Part shown: positions 60,850 to 64,000 of the stretch, piece by piece
How positions within the stretch are numbered: the stretch's first letter is position 1
How the letters are laid out: each line of letters starts with the position of its first letter
NCBI GenBank assembly: GCA_973895155.1
Contig: OZ316899.1
Span: 1,945,573-2,009,572, forward strand
From: Marsupella aquatica
Taxonomy: Eukaryota > Plantae > Marchantiophyta
DNA length: 64,000 nucleotides
Direction: 5' to 3'
The notes under the pieces: model-generated
What the model was told of the DNA's origin: nothing
Databases searched by the model: none
The model's input: the letters and a program-made list of their open reading frames with translations, nothing else
Translations under genes and position numbers: made by a program

Positions 60850-62585
60850 AAGGCCTACAGGCTATGGGATCCTATTGCTTGTAAGCTTGTTGTGAGTAGG
60901 GATGTTTCCTTCAATGAATCCAGATTATTGAAGGCGGGGGAGAATACTCAGGTCTCCCGTACTGACAAAGGGAAATCTCCTATTTCGGATCTCATTGAGG
61001 GGGAGATTGATCATGAAGTGCATGATCGGAGAGAAGGAGGTGCTCCAAGCATGGAGCTGGTTTCTATGCCAGAGGAACAAGAGGAGTTTGTTGATGCTGG
61101 TGAGCAGCAAGTGGATGCTGCTGAGCTTCAAATTGTACTAGTAGACGCAATTCAACCGGAGTCATTAGCTAGAAGAACATTTGGTCGCACTGTACGCGCT
61201 TCTCCTAGGTATGGACAGTGGGTTGATTCATCTCAATTGCAAGAGGACGATTTTGCAGCTGATGATGAGGGTGATGCATTAATTTTGGAAGAAGGGGAAT
61301 CTCCTTCATTTCATGAGGCAAGTGCTTCAAAGGAGAAGCAGAAGTGGACTGCAGCAATGCAAACGGAGATGCAGTCAGTGAAGGACAACAAAACTTGGGA
61401 GCTTGTTAAGCTGCCTAAGGGTCAGCAAGTGGTGGACAGTAAGTGAATATACAAGCTGAAGGATCAGTCTACGGGAGGTGGATTGAAGGTCTACAAGGCT
61501 AGGTTGGTAGCCAAGGATTCACACAGGAAGAAGGTGTGGATTACAATGAGGTTTTCTCACCAGTTGCTAAGTACTCAACAATACGGCTATTGTGTGCTCT
61601 TGTTGTAATGTTTGGCCTGCTGCTAGATCAGATGGATGTTGTCACAGCTTTCCTGTATGGCACCTTGGAAGAGGTGATCTTCATGAGACAACCACTAGGT
61701 TTTGTGAAGAGAGGATAGGAGGAACTGGTTTGCAGATTGCTAAAATCCTTGTATGGGTTGAAGCAGTCACCAAGACAGTGGAACAAGCGGTTTGACGATT
61801 GGATTCGATCACAAGGTTTTCACAGGAGTGTGTTTGACCCTTGTGTATATTTAAAACCGATGAAGAATGTTGTCTTTGGATTCATTGTTTTAGTACTTTA
61901 TGTGGATGACATGCTTATTGCGGCCAAGAATAGGTCTGAGATTGTTAAGCTCAAGGCACTACTCAGTGCAGAGTTTAAGATGAAGGAACTAGGGCCGGCT
62001 AAGAGGATTTTGGGCATGGAGATCACTAGAGACTTGGAGGCTGGTAAGCTATGGTTGACACATAGCAACTATGCGAGGAAGGTAATTGCTAGGTTCAACA
62101 TGGGGGATAGTAAGCCAGTAAGTACCCCTTTGGCTGCACACTTCAAATTGTCATTGTCTTTTTGTCCCACAAATGCGATAGAGAAGGGGCTGATGTCAAA
62201 GGTTCCTTATGATAAGGCAGTGGGAAGTCTCATGTATTTGATGACTTGCACTAGACTTGATCTTGCCATGGCTATGGGCAAGGTGAGCAGGTACATGTTA
62301 AATCCAGGGAAGGTACACTGGGAAGCAGTGAAGTGAATTTAGTGTGAAGATACTTGAAGGGTACCATGGATCATGGTCTTTTATTTGATGCAAATGCAAA
62401 GAATGCAAGATCATTGATTGGCTATGTAGATTCTGACTATGGACAAGATGTGGACCGAAGGAGATCAACAACAGGGTACGTGTTCACACTTGGCAGTGGA
62501 TGCATAAGTTGAGGTCTACTTTGCATAAGTGTATTGCTCAGTCTACTACAGAAGTAGAGTATGTTGCAGCAGCGGAAGCAGCAAA
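60850..62585 (+). pseudogene. pol: Copia integrase C-terminus, RT and RNase H (interrupted by CACTA)
   Basis: YRLWDP...SRDVSFNE; WTAAMQTEMQS...TWELV; YKARLVAKG; LKSLYGLKQSPRQW; LYVDDML; GYVDSDY; STTEVEYVAAAEAA|. Confidence 0.95.
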
Positions 62586-64000
62586 CACTGGTAGAAATAT
62601 CCCCTATTTTTGACCATAAAATACGACTGACTATGACTAAAACCGGTCATCTATGACATTAGATCACTGACGTCATTCTTGCAACTAGTAGTCGTAAAAG
62701 TGGTGACTTTGATTGACTTAGTCATATTATTGACTAGTGTCAATAGTCTTTTTAGTGACTAGAGGGTCAAGTATTTAGATCTATACATCAGTCAAACATA
62801 AGTGACTCATACTGACTTAGTTCGAGTCCTATAGGGTTTTCCATGAGTGATTGGTAACACTGATTTGACCGCACTAGTTTCCGTAGACAATGATGTCATT
62901 CATATTCGAGACTGAGTCATTCATGCCACAAAAGCACAAATCCAACTAACAATGGCATAATAACAGAGTAAAAATATGAGCAATCCATCAAAAAATAGAG
63001 TATTACACAACATCATGTAGTAAAAATTGTGGCCATATATTGAAACAATCCTTCAGATTTGAGTCTCAAATTGTACTTGGTACCTAACACTCTACAAATT
63101 TCTCTGGCCACATCACAAATGATTCCACAGCATCCACAAGATGGATGTGTGGCAGATCATCTCCCTTGTTTGGAAAGGGTAGAAGATATTTTGGCTTACT
63201 GACAGCAGTCAGTAACAACACAACATGATCAGCAAGTACCTTCTTTCCATGGAAAGTACTTGTTTCAATTTGAAGTATGCAGTTCCCAACACAAACACCA
63301 GAATTATCAGTTGCCATTAGCCTAGAAGACTGTGCTACAATGCTCACTGCTATCCCTTTTGGAGAATTAATATTCCTCTTCTTCTTTGGTGCATTGTAAG
63401 GCAAAGTCTCCTTCCCACTGTTTTTGGTCCTCATCTTTCCCATGTTCACCAGTGGTGGGGATTGAGAAAACTCATCTCCAATACCTGAGGGAGGCTGAGA
63501 GTCTATGAAAACCACATCATTCTCATCACTCTGCTTCTCTTGTGAATCTGAAAATTTGGTAGCCTCTAAGTTTTGTCTCCTCTTCCTGCCTGCTGGATTT
63601 GGCATGCGCACCTCCTCCTGTGCTGGCTCTGTACCTCAAGAGCAGCCACAAATTCCTTCATCAACAACTAAGCATATTTGCACTAAAGCTCTCAACAAAC
63701 CATCAAGTTTGCACTAATTGAACGTACATCGCATAGATACTCAACCACATTAATAGACCAGACAGAGGATTCAAACCAACATTTACTTACTCTCAATGAT
63801 AGTTGTACCAGGTTCAATGATCCCAACGCTCCCTTCATCACACTTTACCCTTTTGATTTCTGCCACAACCTCCTATTTTGTGGGTTTCTCTCCAGTAAGC
63901 TTTTTCTGGAGCACATAAACATTGCAAGACACGTTTCTCAATGTCAATCTTGCCTAAACATACCATGCTGCTACAACTACATACAGTCAACTCCAATATT
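62586..64000 (-). mobile_element. Terminal part of a CACTA/En-Spm element (CACTG terminus); continues beyond the window
   Basis: CACTGGTAGAAA starts exactly where the Copia RNase H frame breaks. Subterminal TGACTAGT/TGACTTAGTC repeats at 62620-62900. TNP1-like ORF inside. Confidence 0.82.
63084..63611 (-). CDS. Last exon of a CACTA TnpA/TNP1-like gene
   Basis: VCVGNC...TFHGKKVLADHVVLLLTAV..PKYLLPFP.....LVDAVESFVMWP resembles the TNP1/EN/SPM domain; upstream exons not resolved. Confidence 0.6.
   Translation of the reverse strand: MRMPNPAGRKRRQNLEATKFSDSQEKQSDENDVVFIDSQPPSGIGDEFSQSPPLVNMGKMRTKNSGKETLPYNAPKKKRNINSPKGIAVSIVAQSSRLMATDNSGVCVGNCILQIETSTFHGKKVLADHVVLLLTAVSKPKYLLPFPNKGDDLPHIHLVDAVESFVMWPEKFVEC

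Larger units (their letters stand above)
23428..62585 (+). mobile_element. Ty1/Copia LTR retrotransposon (Tnt1/Tork-like), degenerate, split by three insertions; 3' end lies outside the window
   Basis: PBS TGGTATCAGAGC; domain order gag-PR-IN-RT-RH. The integrase C-terminal region reads GVKA|YRLWDP across the Gypsy TSD. The 5' boundary is unverified because the 3' LTR is not in the window. Confidence 0.88.

Noticed and set aside
1-64000. rRNA, tRNA or host housekeeping genes
   Set aside because: No matching sequence recognised; tRNA-complementary stretches are only retrotransposon primer-binding sites.

Overview
This is eukaryotic, intron-containing land-plant DNA. It is probably a non-seed plant such as a liverwort, moss, lycophyte or fern, inferred from the TE families and not proven. 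The window is almost entirely nested, mostly decayed transposable elements; I see no host housekeeping gene, rRNA, tRNA or CRISPR array. Left third (about 1.2-23.1 kb): a giant Mutator-like (MULE) element with a GCM-like/DDE/SWIM transposase and accessory genes. It is marked throughout by a 15-bp palindrome TAGCGC-N3-GCGCTA and is interrupted by a LINE and by a Ty3/Gypsy element (13951-19869, TSD CATTT). Right two thirds: a Tnt1-like Ty1/Copia element (about 23.4 kb to beyond 62.6 kb). It hosts a Penelope-like fragment, a full-length Ty3/Gypsy element (32249-60849, TSD AAGGC) and a CACTA element (from 62586). That Gypsy has about 4.7-kb LTRs that carry a long ORF, and its 5' LTR hosts a 12.95-kb Sola-type DNA transposon (36263-49213, 26-bp TIRs, TSD CAAC). 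Main discovery candidate: two unrelated DNA-transposon superfamilies (MULE and Sola) each carry an intron-containing accessory gene with a ParB/Srx-like domain followed by a beta-class amino-(N4C/N6A)-DNA-methyltransferase-like domain. Each element also has its own non-coding palindromic motif. Canonical catalytic motif IV is not seen in either copy, so enzymatic activity is uncertain. Second candidate: two Gypsy families encode homologous proteins inside their LTRs. All domain calls are from motif recognition by eye; no database search was run.
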